55,075 bases of DNA, filler included, from Streblomastix strix (GCA_008636045.1; 3 parts of 3 records of this genome joined end to end with filler, not necessarily neighbours in it), one strand, 5' to 3'; numbered from the whole stretch's first letter, positions 13,993-25,519 are shown. Notes: generated by a model not told the origin, from the letters alone. Numbers and translations are program-made.

Positions 13993-14470
13993 TAATAAAA
14001 TAGGCCATTAGATTAAATTATCATTTTTGTCGAGCGTAACATGCATTTTTAGATAATTTCCACTGATTGCTTCCGTTTCAAGCTTCAGGGGATTTATATA
14101 CTTGGAATAGCTATTATTTAATGTATTTAGTAATTTTTTTATTTAAATCAATGAATATATGAAAAATTGCGTGACACACGAAGAGCTGTCTTCGACACCA
14201 AATTTGTGGAGCGTGATATGTGCTTCGTATGCTTTTCATGTTGAACACCTTTAAATTTTAAGTAAATTACAATTAAATAATCATTTTCATGTGTTCACTA
14301 GTAAAATTCCCAGATATGATCTAGAAAAATGATTTTCACAACATGGGGTTCATGGTGCAAAAGGAAAACATTTATAAATTTATTTAATTTGATACAAAAC
14401 AAAACTGAAAGGCGCTAAAGAAAATATATTGTCAACATAACACATGAATTGAATGAATAATAATTTATAC

Positions 14471-15056
14471 TCATTGGTACAGCCACGCACTCTCAGCTTT
14501 GATTTCCTCCTCATCTTCAGGGGTCAGATCATTTTCGATGTTGTACTCGCGTCTGATCTCTTCAGGAGTCTTTCCCTTTAGGTTGTTTGCAATTGCAGCA
14601 CTGAAATGCATTAATATATAAATCAAATAATTAATTAGTAAGAGTTGTTTGTAAGGATTCAACAAACCAAGTTAGATCGAGTAGTGGTTTTATATCCAAG
14701 TAATTTGCAGCTATTACAACAGCAAAAAGTAACGATTTCTCCATCCTGACAAAGGAGTTGTCGAATTCCTTGGCTTCTTATGGTGAAACACCTTCTGCAT
14801 TTGTAGCATGTGAATGGAACTCAAGGTACTCAATAACCTTGTTCAATTCTGCTTCTCTTATGTTTGGTAGTTAGATAGCATCCTGAGATGAAGAATGTAT
14901 GATGCCTTCTCGAATGGTTCCACACATCTAAAATTAAAGAGTATATTCAATTAATTTAGCTTAAATGAACAGCTTATCAAGAGTTCATACTAGAGCTAGC
15001 TCCCTTTTTATTAACACTGTTTTTGAGTCTTCTGTTGTGACTTTTATTTCTGCCAT
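14471..15056 (-). CDS. SKP1: Skp1 (SCF ubiquitin ligase adaptor)
   Basis: [89 protein letters not shown]. Introns at about 14929-14990 and 14601-14668. Confidence 0.95.
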
Positions 15057-15559
15057 TATGACTGTTCTAAATCAGAAAAACGAGAAATATCAAACAATAA
15101 TTGAATAATATATATTTTAATAAAATCGCTGCAAAAAAACAGTTTGTAATAAAATAAAAATGTTTTTTTTAATTTATTCCTATTTTTATTTCGAATAGAT
15201 AACAGATTTTGGAGAAGGCTGCAAATTTATGGTCTAAAAATGTATAAATTTATTAAAAATCTAAAATATATTATGTAAAATATGTATGCTGAAAGAAAAT
15301 AAGTGATTTGAATATTTGTTTGCGGTACAGTTTAATCAGGCATATTTGAAAAAGAATAAAGTGAAAAATAAATTATTTTTATAATTAATGACAAAATTTT
15401 GAAAAATAAAATTATATCTAATTTTTAATAAAGCATAAATTGCAATTTTTAAAAACGGTTCTGTAAATACAAATGCATCAAATAATTAATAAAAATGATA
15501 TTATTTTTGGCAATTTCTTGTATTGTACATATAAATTAATATTATTCAGCGTTAATTAT

Positions 15560-18166
15560 TCATCCCTGTAGAGAGCGACGAGTAATTGAAAGTAATTAAT
15601 CGGTTTCTTCTAAAAGTGTTTGGCATGAAGAACCCAATGAAGCTGTTAGAATTTTGAATTTGCACAGAAATACGTAGAGTGGTGCAAATATAGCTGAATT
15701 TTCGGCATCGGCAAACCAAATGTTAGGAACAATTGAAAAAATCTTGAACAAATGGATAAAATGAAGAAAAAAATTAGGAAATTTAAACTAGATATCGAAT
15801 ATAAAATAATCAATAAGTATACCATCTTAAGCGCGAGTACAGCATGAAAAGAGAAAGATGGATTCCAAGCAAGGATGCTCTCTAGAAAAGGAAGAAGTTT
15901 AACCTTTAATAAATTCTATCCAATAAACCTTTGTCCTGCAGTAATTGGTATAATTATGTTTGGATATTGTACTATTGTTATGATTACCTAGAGTTGAAAT
16001 AATAAAGTATAAATGAAAAAATAAATTAAAAAGAATATGATTGTAATTAATCTTATCAAATTAATTACAAACTTTAATTCCTGCCCAAAATTAAGAATAT
16101 CCAAATCTGAATAACATAAAATTAACACTCATTTCTTTAATAAATAATTTATGCTTGATTTCATTTTCATCTTATTACATTAATGATTAAGCTTATTATT
16201 ATTAATTTTATTAAGTCTGTGTTTATTACTGAGGTGCAAATCGCATCATCAAAGAATGTGGAATCATCCTTTGTTTTGGGGTTGATTGTTTTGTAGCTGG
16301 TTGGAATTATTATAAGGAAAATGATTATTATTTATTAACATTCATTTCTTTCTTATTCTTCTTATCTTTGAATTGAAGAGCAAGAGTAACTTATTCAGAC
16401 TAAAACTTTCCATGTGAAATAAAAGGAGGTACAAAAAGTTGCTTTGAATAATCGAATATTCGTTTCATTACAACAACTGAGATCTATTTTTATACATTTT
16501 TGAGATTTTCTTCTTATTTATTAGTTTTATCTTCTTCTTATTTAGCTTTTTCATTATTATCCAGATTATAATCATCTATATTTATTATATCATGTATAAA
16601 TTAATTATTATTATCCTTATTTATTTATTAGTTCAATATTTCATTCTTTTTAATAATATTTCATCTATTTTTCTATTCATCATTAATTACCTCATTTTTG
16701 CTTCTATTTATCATTAAATTATTAATTTCAGAATGAAAAGCAAGAATCGCATTTGTATTCTGATCTGATATTGGATCATATTAGTGGAGTATCATCTCAC
16801 AAGCAACAGGGGCTACAATCTTAGAAACGATCTCAATTATAGATCTATGAGCCATTTCAAGTGATTAAGAATTATCTCTATTTATTCCAATTATATTATT
16901 ATCCTGTTTCTTGTCTCCAGTTTTATCATTAATTGATATTTTCTAATTTTCATTCTCATCATCATCAATAATAATCACTTATTTGTTTCCAATCATTTCT
17001 TATTCATTTTCATTTTATTCAATATCTGCAATTTCTTTCAATTATTTTATCCAATCAAAATAATCAGTAAATTTGGGATAATCAAAAACATTCCATTTCT
17101 TCTCTATAATCTCTTTCCTTGCAAATGGAGCTAAAAGACTAATAAATTATTCTTCTGATCCAGATTCAGAAAACTCTGCTGGAAATCTTCTCATAAATTA
17201 AAAGAATGGATCACATATTGATTTAATGGAAACAAACTCTTCTTTAACATCAGAGAAAAGATCTTTCATTAATTAAGAAGCTTTATTGAATTCATTGATT
17301 AAGTTCTTCTATCCATTATAATCATCATCTTATTCTTCATCATCTTTTTATTCCTTATTCTTTTTCCAATCAAGATCATCATCATCATCATCTTTATCCA
17401 TATTTGATCTATAATCTTCTTTCTTCTTGAATCCTAATCCCATTTTAAACCCTGAATAAAATTCATCTTATATTTCTTTATTATTATTTTATTTTTTCAG
17501 GTATTTCTTACTCAGATCAATCTATTTGGATTGTAATGGAAATCCTTGAATAAAATTCTCAGCTGTTATTTATGCCTATGGAAATGTGGAAAGCTATTTG
17601 ATATGATTTGCAACAATAAGTTCAACAGCTTTGAAGACTTCATTATTATTAATTAGATTTATTTGTTGTTATTATTTCATTATTTATTCATCTTCATTCT
17701 AATACCAATCATCATCAACTTCTAATAATTCATTTATTTAATCATCATTATTTGAATTACTTTTATCATCATCTCTCAATCTCTCAATTATTTCAAATCT
17801 CCTCTTTAATTCATTATCTCTGAAATCATCTTATTTCTTCCCAGTTTCCTTCAAAACAACACCAAAGAATTTCTCTTCGCATTATTCAATCTGAGGAACT
17901 TTCTCATTCATACAATCTACAACATCATTCACAAATTCTCTGTGAGCTTATAGGAATTCATAAAGATTCTTCTTATATTAGAGAATATTAGGAGGTAGAA
18001 TTGATGGATTCATTCGATATTATGTCTGATTTAATTTTGCTTTATTTGGCGTCTTTGAAGGTGATACACTTAAAGGAGGTGTTTATGAAGTGTTTTTACT
18101 GGATGGAGATGAAGATCGAGATTTTGAATCTTTATTCTTCATTTCTATTTATTATTGTTATTGTTA

Positions 18167-18246
<80 letters not shown>

Positions 18247-18312
18247 GTTAAACTTTTAAGTATTTTATTGTATTTCTCCATAATATTTAATTATATAATG
18301 AATAAAAATATT
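15560..18312 (-). CDS. GCFC-domain protein (PAXBP1/GCFC2/ILP1-like spliceosome-disassembly factor), 5'-truncated at the contig end
   Basis: YEFLQAHREFVNDVVDCMNEKVPQIE, DLFSDVKEEFVSIKSI..LLAPFARKEII..W and IVSKIVAP..YDPISDQNT parallel PAXBP1 motifs. Two 3' introns; stop TGA 15560-15562. Confidence 0.75.
18150..18250 (-). repeat. (TAA)n microsatellite encoding poly-Gln in the GCFC gene
   Basis: An (ATT)n run on the + strand, in frame as TAA/CAA codons on the - strand. Confidence 0.8.
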
Positions 18313-18412
18313 NNNNNNNNNNNNNNNNNNNNNNNNNNNNNNNNNNNNNNNNNNNNTTAATTAATTAANNNNNNNNNNNNNNNNNNNNNNNNNNNNNNNN
18401 NNNNNNNNNNNN
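18313..18412. other. Artificial contig linker (N44-TTAATTAATTAA-N44)
   Basis: 100-nt N block with a central six-frame stop/PacI-like 12-mer at 18357-18368. Confidence 0.97.
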
Positions 18413-18536
18413 AATGGCCACTAGCGTATGAACCACCGCGTTTCGAGTATTGAATATAATAAGTTATTTCATTAGTGATTAATTATCGAACTGTTCGGAT
18501 CTATTATTATGAAAGTGGATTATTATATCGTTGCAT
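18413..18536 (-). CDS. Putative viral ORF, 3'-truncated by the contig end
   Basis: TTTTATATAAATG start; MQRYNNPLSQQQIRTVRQLITNEITYYIQYSKRGGSYASGH... Confidence 0.4.
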
Positions 18537-18585
18537 TTATATAAAATAAATATATTAATTATAGATTTTTCATTTATGCTATTTC

Positions 18586-18792
18586 TCATCTTTTATTTAC
18601 AAGTCTATCCATTGCCCCTGCAAGATTAGCACTAGCGCCCAATGCGCCACCAATTCCTGGATGGGTCATTCCTACGGGGCCCGCCACAGTTGAAAGAATT
18701 TTATGGAGAGTTGGAGCTATCCATTACGCAGCATGTTTTACGCCACCTAAAATTTTCGATCCAAAATTTGCTATCTTACCGAAGAAACCCAT
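18586..18792 (-). CDS. 68-aa Gly/Ala-rich protein with an N-terminal amphipathic helix (adenovirus pVI-like or membrane-lytic core protein)
   Basis: Intact ORF under code 6: MGFFGKIANFGSKILGGVKHAAQWIAPTLHKILSTVAGPVGMTHPGIGGALGASANLAGAMDRLVNKR*. Confidence 0.65.
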
Positions 18793-18873
18793 TTACTTTA
18801 AAATAAAAATAATAGTTTCATTAGTTATAATCATTAATATAATCGTTTATATTATTTATTTTTATTTATTTAA

Positions 18874-20812
18874 ATGTCATTCAACTCAAGCGATTATTTA
18901 AGTAGATTAGCGAAAATGTAGCACTCGGACTATATTAGTGGCTATATGGCGATGGGTGGGGTATTGAAAACCATGAGCATGCACCCTTAATCTTTCACCA
19001 AATCAAAATAAGAATTTTTTGACCAGCAGCTTACTTAATTAAATTCCAAAAGAGTAAAATATACCCGTGCTCCACTAGCAGTAAGAGGTTCTGCTACTTG
19101 CACAATAGTTTAAACTTGCTAGGTAAATTGGACTATAAAATTACCTGCGAATGGATTGGCTATATAATTAAATAGAGTATCAGATGCACTTGTTGCTGAA
19201 GATCATACAGCAAGATCAGCAGTTAATTTTAACGCAAATGAAGATATAACATAACCCCAGCTTGCAATGCATATAGCCTCTTAACACTATTTTGTTGGAG
19301 AAGAAATTCGGTTTTAACTTGGATTTTCTACTGCCTGCGGGCCATTTAATTAATTTGCAATTTGTAAAGATAGCACGAAGTAATGGGATACATCGATTTA
19401 TGCAAGAGAGGAAGCTGTAATATCGGCGAATTCATTAAGTGATTTATGTACTAATTACTCAGTTAGTGTTTCACCACTAGAAAGTATTATAGCAGGAAAA
19501 CATCATTGTGGCGTATTTATAGATGTGCATATGGCAACAATTTAGATCGCAGCTGCCACTACCCAGTACTATTATCGAATACCATAAGATATTGTGTTTA
19601 GTGGAGTACTAGACCTGAATCAGTTGAACCCTATATTTAATTCGTTTCCTGTGCTGAAAAGAAATTACGTATCATTGTATTTATAGCTCTGGATGCAGAC
19701 TTTTTATAAGACTTGAAGGTTGTTTGGCTAAATAAAATAGATACTTTACTCAATACCCATTTAGCTTATCAAATTATACCCCCTGAAAAACCAGATATAG
19801 TATATTTATTAAATGACACAACCAAGGATGTTCCATATGGTAAATTTAGTGTTCGGACTGTCAATTTGACAGGTGTAGCTGATAGTTCAAGGGACCCATA
19901 GAACACCATTAGTTAGACTTAAGATGCTATATTCACAAAATTAGAGATATAAAATGTATGCTTCTATATCGAAAATGATGACGCTATAATTTAACTTATC
20001 TAAAGCCAAAAAATTACTAATTTCCCAACATAAGTATTAAGGTCATAATCTTCCAATTTTCCATTTAATAATTTTAGCGTTAATAGTGGAAGTCTTTAAA
20101 GTATTATGTCCTTCTCAAATACTAAAGCTATGTTCATGACTTTTGCCATGTCCCAGTATCCAACGTGGTTTTTCCCTGTCCTATTCCACAACTTCGATTT
20201 AGTCATTGATTAGCGCCATGTAATACCATAGCTATATGAGGCATTAGCTTAAGCTGAAAATGGATAAATGTTTGATTGTTTCATTGATTAGGATGTAGTT
20301 AGTGCCCCCTCTGATTTGTATCATTCACTTTCGTTTGCGAACTCAAACATAAATGATTAAAAATTCTTTTATGGCTATACTGATGGAACCGCGGCAGGCT
20401 CCTCTAATATATTTTATGCTACTATATTATATGATGGGACAAAAGAAACTAAAACATTATATCCAAATAAATATATGCTAGCTTGGAAATTGGCCATTGA
20501 TGATTCATTTATGCGAGAATATAATTCTTCAAAAATAAGTGCAAGAACAAATATGTAGGTTATTTTACATGGTAATTTAGTAAGAAGAATTAATGAAACC
20601 ATGGATATATTTGATTAATAATAATAAAATGATTTTAATCATTTTATAAGCACCTGTTCATATCCTGACCATATACAGGTTGAACTGACACCGATTACCC
20701 ATTATCTTTGTGATGCTATGGTGCGGATAATGTTTGATGATAATCTTGACCCATAAGTTCTTAGTTTGGAGGTGATTGGAGAGATGAGGGCTCAATGATC
20801 CGCAATGGCTGA
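18874..20812 (+). pseudogene. Putative double-jelly-roll major capsid protein (about 645 codons), frameshifted
   Basis: Intronless frame MSFNSSDYL...GFSTACGPFNQFAICKD...SPLESIIAGKHHCGVFID...DLNQLNPIFNSFP. An apparent 1-nt deletion near 19699 is followed by LKVVWLNK...NFPTQVLR...HYLCDAMVRIMFD..VLSLEVIGE, with a probable second slip near 20790. The size, beta-rich composition and position next to fibre and pVI-like genes suggest a capsid. Confidence 0.55.
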
Positions 20813-21006
20813 ACAAAAATAGTTGCTTCTCGGCATTTTTTTTGACAAAAAAAGTAATTTTTCAACGACAAATTTTCGACTCGCAAGCGTATTTAATTGC
20901 CGCTTCCTAAATGGTTTTAAATATAGCATGCCAATTAATATTTATTTAATCAAGGGCATAAATAACTGTCTCATTAAAGCCTTCCATTTAAATATTTTTA
21001 AAATTT

Positions 21007-21924
21007 TCAATTCGCATCGAAATTAATGAAATATGTGCCATTAATTTCCATATTTAATGGTGAAGGTAAAATTATAAGAGAATTGGAATTTATAACAACT
21101 TCGCCCCACTGACTGATTATGCAATCGAGATATTAATTTATTTTTTGTGATGAAGCCGTTAAATGCTACAGGGTTATTAGCCCAGAAAATTTAGGAATAA
21201 ATTTATCATCAAAGTACCCCACTATTACGAGAATGTTAGTTGAACCACCTTATGATGTCCAATGAAGATATGCACTAATATAAACTATATCGCTGCAATG
21301 CAAAACTAAAGAACCTTAGCTTAATCCAATGACATAATCCCCTGCATGAAACACTCCTGATTTTGCTGACGTAGTAACAACGATTTTGCCATTAAATTTT
21401 AATGTAGTACAATCTCTATCGATAAATACACCTCTATTTATAATTTTATAATCATCATCTTTCTATATCTAAAATGGAGCATCCCGCAGCCATGTACCAG
21501 TGCCATCAAATTAAGAAGTAATTATCCAACTATATTCTAAAGTTGATACTCCACCTACTGGCTTATAAACATTAGCGCCTAAATATATATTACTTGGTTA
21601 ATGTTCCATTCCCCTATTTATTCTTATCCCTGCATCTTTTGTATTAATTAATATCGAAATTGGCTATAATGTAAAATTTGCTAAAGCGTAAGGTCTTTCC
21701 TTTGGTAAAAAATCATCTATATCTGATGTGCCTCCATTAGCCAGTAGAATTTAATTGTTTGTCCCACCTTATTTTATAATTTTATCCTCGTAAATAGGTG
21801 ATAGAAAGGTTTTGATTCCGTCCATTGTTTGATTGGTTTTTAGATTAACGAAACCCTTAGCTTTTTTAAAAAATTATAACAGGTAAGCGAACCACTTTAA
21901 TGTTTGATTATCAATGATTGTCAT
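21007..21924 (-). CDS. Fibre/receptor-binding protein resembling phage tail fibres (305 aa, intact)
   Basis: FVNLKTNQTMDGIKTF and IIKQGGTNNQILLANG are tail-fibre-type repeats, followed by GIRINR..IYLG..W..NRGVFIDRDCTTLKFNG. The C-terminal segment DIVYISAYL..VGYFDDKFIP..IISQWGEVVI..INGTYFI resembles a phage RBP head. No TGA occurs until 21007-21009. Confidence 0.7.
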
Positions 21925-22055
21925 TAATTAATTTTTTACTTTATTTTTTCATTTTCTCGTCCTATTATTTATTTCAATATTTGGAACTATTATTGTTCGT
22001 TAACTAAATCATCCTCATCAAGATTTTATAAATAGCTTAAAATTTCTGTGTCCAT
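21921..22055 (-). CDS. 44-aa putative viral ORF whose stop overlaps the fibre start (ATGA)
   Basis: MDTEILSYLQNLDEDDLVNEQQQFQILKQIIGRENEKIKQKINQ*, preceded by TTTTTATATAAATG. Confidence 0.45.
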
Positions 22056-22105
22056 TTATATAAAAATAAAAAAGATATCCTATGATAAAATCAAAAATCA
22101 TTTTC

Positions 22106-22762
22106 ATTTATTTCAATCTCTGGTTTATCAGTGAGACGGATAATATCACAATTTACACGATATAATTTTCCGATTGAATTAAATAACACATTATCAATTA
22201 TTTTAACGGATATGTTTTTTTATTAAAATATCCTGTACTCCAATCAAATACTTTTTCTTTAGCTTTTTCGGTATGCATGTATGCGGCTAAATAATGACTT
22301 CCTCTAATACTATTTCAACATCCTCTTCATCGTTCTAATTGATTAATGCCCAAAATTTGATAAAGTTATCGGAGGAAAATACAAAGTCATCGTCACGCTA
22401 GCGTTTAATCGTGATGCGCCATATCGTATCAATCACAAACTTTTTAACTTCTAAATTTGGATGCGAAAGTTATATATTTCTTGGCTGTTCTTCAGCAAGC
22501 TTTTATATTGCCTCTTCTGGTTCAACTTATGCAGTGGTGCGTTCCACTTCTTTATATTTATTTATTTTATATTTTTTTTATGGCTCGGCTCTGTTTAATT
22601 CATTTCTTAGGGCTGCATGAATGACCTTTCAGTTGTTGATTCATTTGTGGGCATTATTTTTATTCGGATAATTGCTTCGTCGAATATTTATAATTTTAAT
22701 TTATCATGGTCATATAGTTCTTTTTATTTTTATTAGAACATTTATTTTTTTGTTTTTGACAT
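22106..22762 (-). pseudogene. Hypothetical viral protein, frameshifted
   Basis: MSKTKKQ...; a protein-like frame EVERTTAQVEPEEAIQKLAEEQP..FVIDTIWRITIKRQRDDDFVFSSDNFIKFWALIN needs frame changes to continue. Confidence 0.35.
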
Positions 22763-22818
22763 GCGCAATTAATTTCTTTCGATTCCTTTTATCATTTTAT
22801 ATTTTTTAAAATTTTAAA

Positions 22819-23457
22819 ATGGATTAGGCACATGCATTAAAAAATTTGATTGAGAATGGAACATAAATAGAATACTTTGACAATGGATATATTATGCAAG
22901 TTAAAGATAAAATTAAAGTTTATGAGAATGGGAAAAAATCAGCGCGTGCACTGACTCAGGCGCAATAAAATAAATTACTTTTATAAGCAAGAAGTGGAGG
23001 CATTGAAAAAAAGAGGATATAAAAAACCTATTGAAGAAGAAGAAGATGAGTCTGTGGAGTATGAAAATGAAACTGAAGACTCATAGAATTAAAACGAAAT
23101 AAGAGAAAAACCATTAAAAAAATTGTCAGAAAGCGAACAGTTAAGAGTTCAAAATAGCTATAAATTAATTATACTAATTCGTAGCTCGAATTGGAAGAAC
23201 TGATACGATTGAGAACAGAAAATACATTCTTAAAATAATAACACTAAGACACAATAAAATAGGTAAAGAAATATAAGCAAAAAATAAAAAGATATAAATA
23301 ACTTAAATAAATTATTTAAAAGGAAGAAATTAATGAAGAAGAACCAGAACCCGAACCCTAACCTGTTCCATAAATGCGCGAGTATGAATTATATATATAT
23401 GAATCCCCAGAGAGCTAGGGCGGGGGTCGGAGAGCTGCTGGGGCATTCGATTATTGA
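22819..23457 (+). CDS. Hypothetical viral protein with acidic and coiled-coil segments (possible frameshift)
   Basis: MDQAHALKNLIENGTQIEYFDNGYIMQVKDKIKVYENGKK...EEEEDESVEYENE...EEEPEPEPQPVPQ...GAFDY*; divergent from the 22762 start. Confidence 0.45.
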
Positions 23458-23935
23458 TGCAATCTATAGAATAGGAAATAAATATTATGTTTATGAACCA
23501 CAAACATATACATTTAAAATAAACATTAACGTTTAACATTAATTTTTTTTATTTTTTTATTTTATTATATAGGGGATTGTATAATGAAATCCAATAATGA
23601 ATCAATAGTGAAAGCCAATAATGGGATAATGATTGAGGAATTTATTAGTAATATTAGTGGTCGAAGTTCGCACTAACGTATTAATTTTTCTTTTAATGAT
23701 ACTGGTGAAATGTAAAATTGAGCTTGAATATTATGAATGAGGATGCGAAAGCATTCCGAATTCGTAATACGAAAGATTTATTTTACATATCCAGCACTAA
23801 TAAAGATAAATTGATACGTTGGGGTGAATTTCGACCACTAATTCTACTCATATGTGTGTATTTGCATTTAACAATTCAAATAACTTTATATAAATGATAT
23901 ATTTCAGCTTATCATAAAACTCATTATTGATATTA

Positions 23936-24587
23936 TCATGCTTTTTTCTTTATACTATTAACTTACAACTCATAAATCGTTTATTATAATGTTATTGTAT
24001 TCAATTCTATTAGTTTGTATAAATCGTTATTTTTTCTGAAATATCAAATTCTTAACTTTTTACTTCCTCTTAATCGGTGCAGCTTATTTCATTAATTGTC
24101 ACTTTATCATTTATATGTTATCATGCGTTTCTTTATTTTATCTAATTTCATTAAAATTATTATTATTATTCGGATTTCTAGATCTTAGAACTTCATCGTT
24201 TTGATCATATCTGGATTTCTTATAGAAACATCTTTTTATAAATTATCATTAGTATCAGGAAACTAATCAATTATTTCTTAAAGAGCAATCATTGTTATGA
24301 TATGTTTTACTAAATATATTTTTTTTCTTCCATAAAATTATCTTGATTATACTAATTGTTTAATAACTTATTCTCCAAAATTACTATATTTATTCTCATT
24401 TCCTGTATCAAAGTCATTTATTTATTAGATTTTCTTCATTTGCTTAATTTGCAATACAACTTTACTTAAACAATTCTTTTTTATTTTATCATTTTTGTTC
24501 AGATTCTATAATATATAGTTAAATCTGTCATTGTTACTTAATGAATTTGTAGATAATAATGAAATCAATAAAAGTACAAGTAGCATT
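23936..24587 (-). pseudogene. Degraded secreted-protein-like ORF
   Basis: Signal-peptide-like start MLLVLLLISLLSTNSLS; the frame is broken downstream. Confidence 0.25.
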
Positions 24588-24622
24588 TCTTAAATATAAT
24601 AAATTTAAATAAAGTTATTACA

Positions 24623-25453
24623 GAGTGGTGAAAAATCAAGTATTCGGGAATTATTTCCTAAGGTATAGAAATATATATTAAATTATTTATATATGTATAA
24701 CAAATACAAAGTACTACATTTTTCATACAATCCAAATCACTCATAGATAAGCTGGGTGTTAAATATCTTTTAAATATTTCAAACATATCGATACAATTTT
24801 ATATAAATAATAGACTAACTTCTATTTTTCGCATATTCAAGTTATATGAACTATATAATTATAATATATATATATATATATATGTATATATTTAATTAAA
24901 TTGCATCACTTTTCAAAATCTCAAAAATAAGGTATTTTTATGTAAAATTTTTATAGAGAATTTTTATAACAATATTAAAACTTTCGATTTTAAATTTCGA
25001 ATTTCGATATTTTTATTTATTTTTATTATTATTCTATGATAGTTAATTTTTTATTAAAAAAACATTAATTTAATTTAAATATAAAATTAATATACTTTTG
25101 TTATAAAATTTTTTATATAAAATTTATATAAAATTACCTTATTTTTGAGATTTTGAAAAGTGATGCGATTTATTTAATTATATATTATATGTAATCATAT
25201 ATGTATATAAAAAACTACTATATAGTTCTTATAACTTAAATATGCGAAATATAGAAGTAAGTCGATTATTTATATAAAAAAGTATCAATATGTTTGAAAT
25301 ATTTAATAGATACTTAACATTCAGCCTATCTATGAGTGATATGGATTGTATGAAAAATGTAGTACTTTGTATATGTAATACATATATATAATTAATTTAA
25401 TATTTATTTCTTTACCTTAGGAAATAATTCCCGAATACGTGTTTTTCACAACC
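24623..25453. mobile_element. Foldback/MITE-like element with ~350-bp imperfect terminal inverted repeats
   Basis: Left arm about 24623-24971 (GTATTCGGGAATTATTTCCTAAGGTA...AAAGTACTACATTTTTCATACAATCC...TTTCAAAATCTCAAAAATAAGGTA) is the reverse complement of right arm about 25099-25453, with a ~125-bp AT-rich spacer. Confidence 0.85.
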
Positions 25454-25519
25454 TTATAATATAAACTAAAAGAAAACGTTAAATTACTTTTTTTTTAATA
25501 TAAATTTTTTATTTTTAAA

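Larger units (their letters stand above)
18413..23850. mobile_element. Endogenous dsDNA virus fragment (Polinton-like/adenovirus-related structural module), partly decayed
   Basis: Tightly packed intronless ORFs on both strands with higher GC than the flanks. They include a putative MCP, a pVI-like peptide and a fibre protein. The left end is cut by the contig edge. Confidence 0.65.

Noticed and set aside
15495..15764. Signal-peptide-like + strand ORF
   Set aside because: It overlaps the last exon of the better-supported - strand GCFC gene.
18001..18360. Poly-Ile ORF
   Set aside because: Antisense of the (TAA)n poly-Gln tract, and it runs into Ns.
20836..20852. T-run/GAC/A-run hairpin after the putative MCP as a transcription terminator
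   Set aside because: A pure A/T stem is expected by chance at this base composition.
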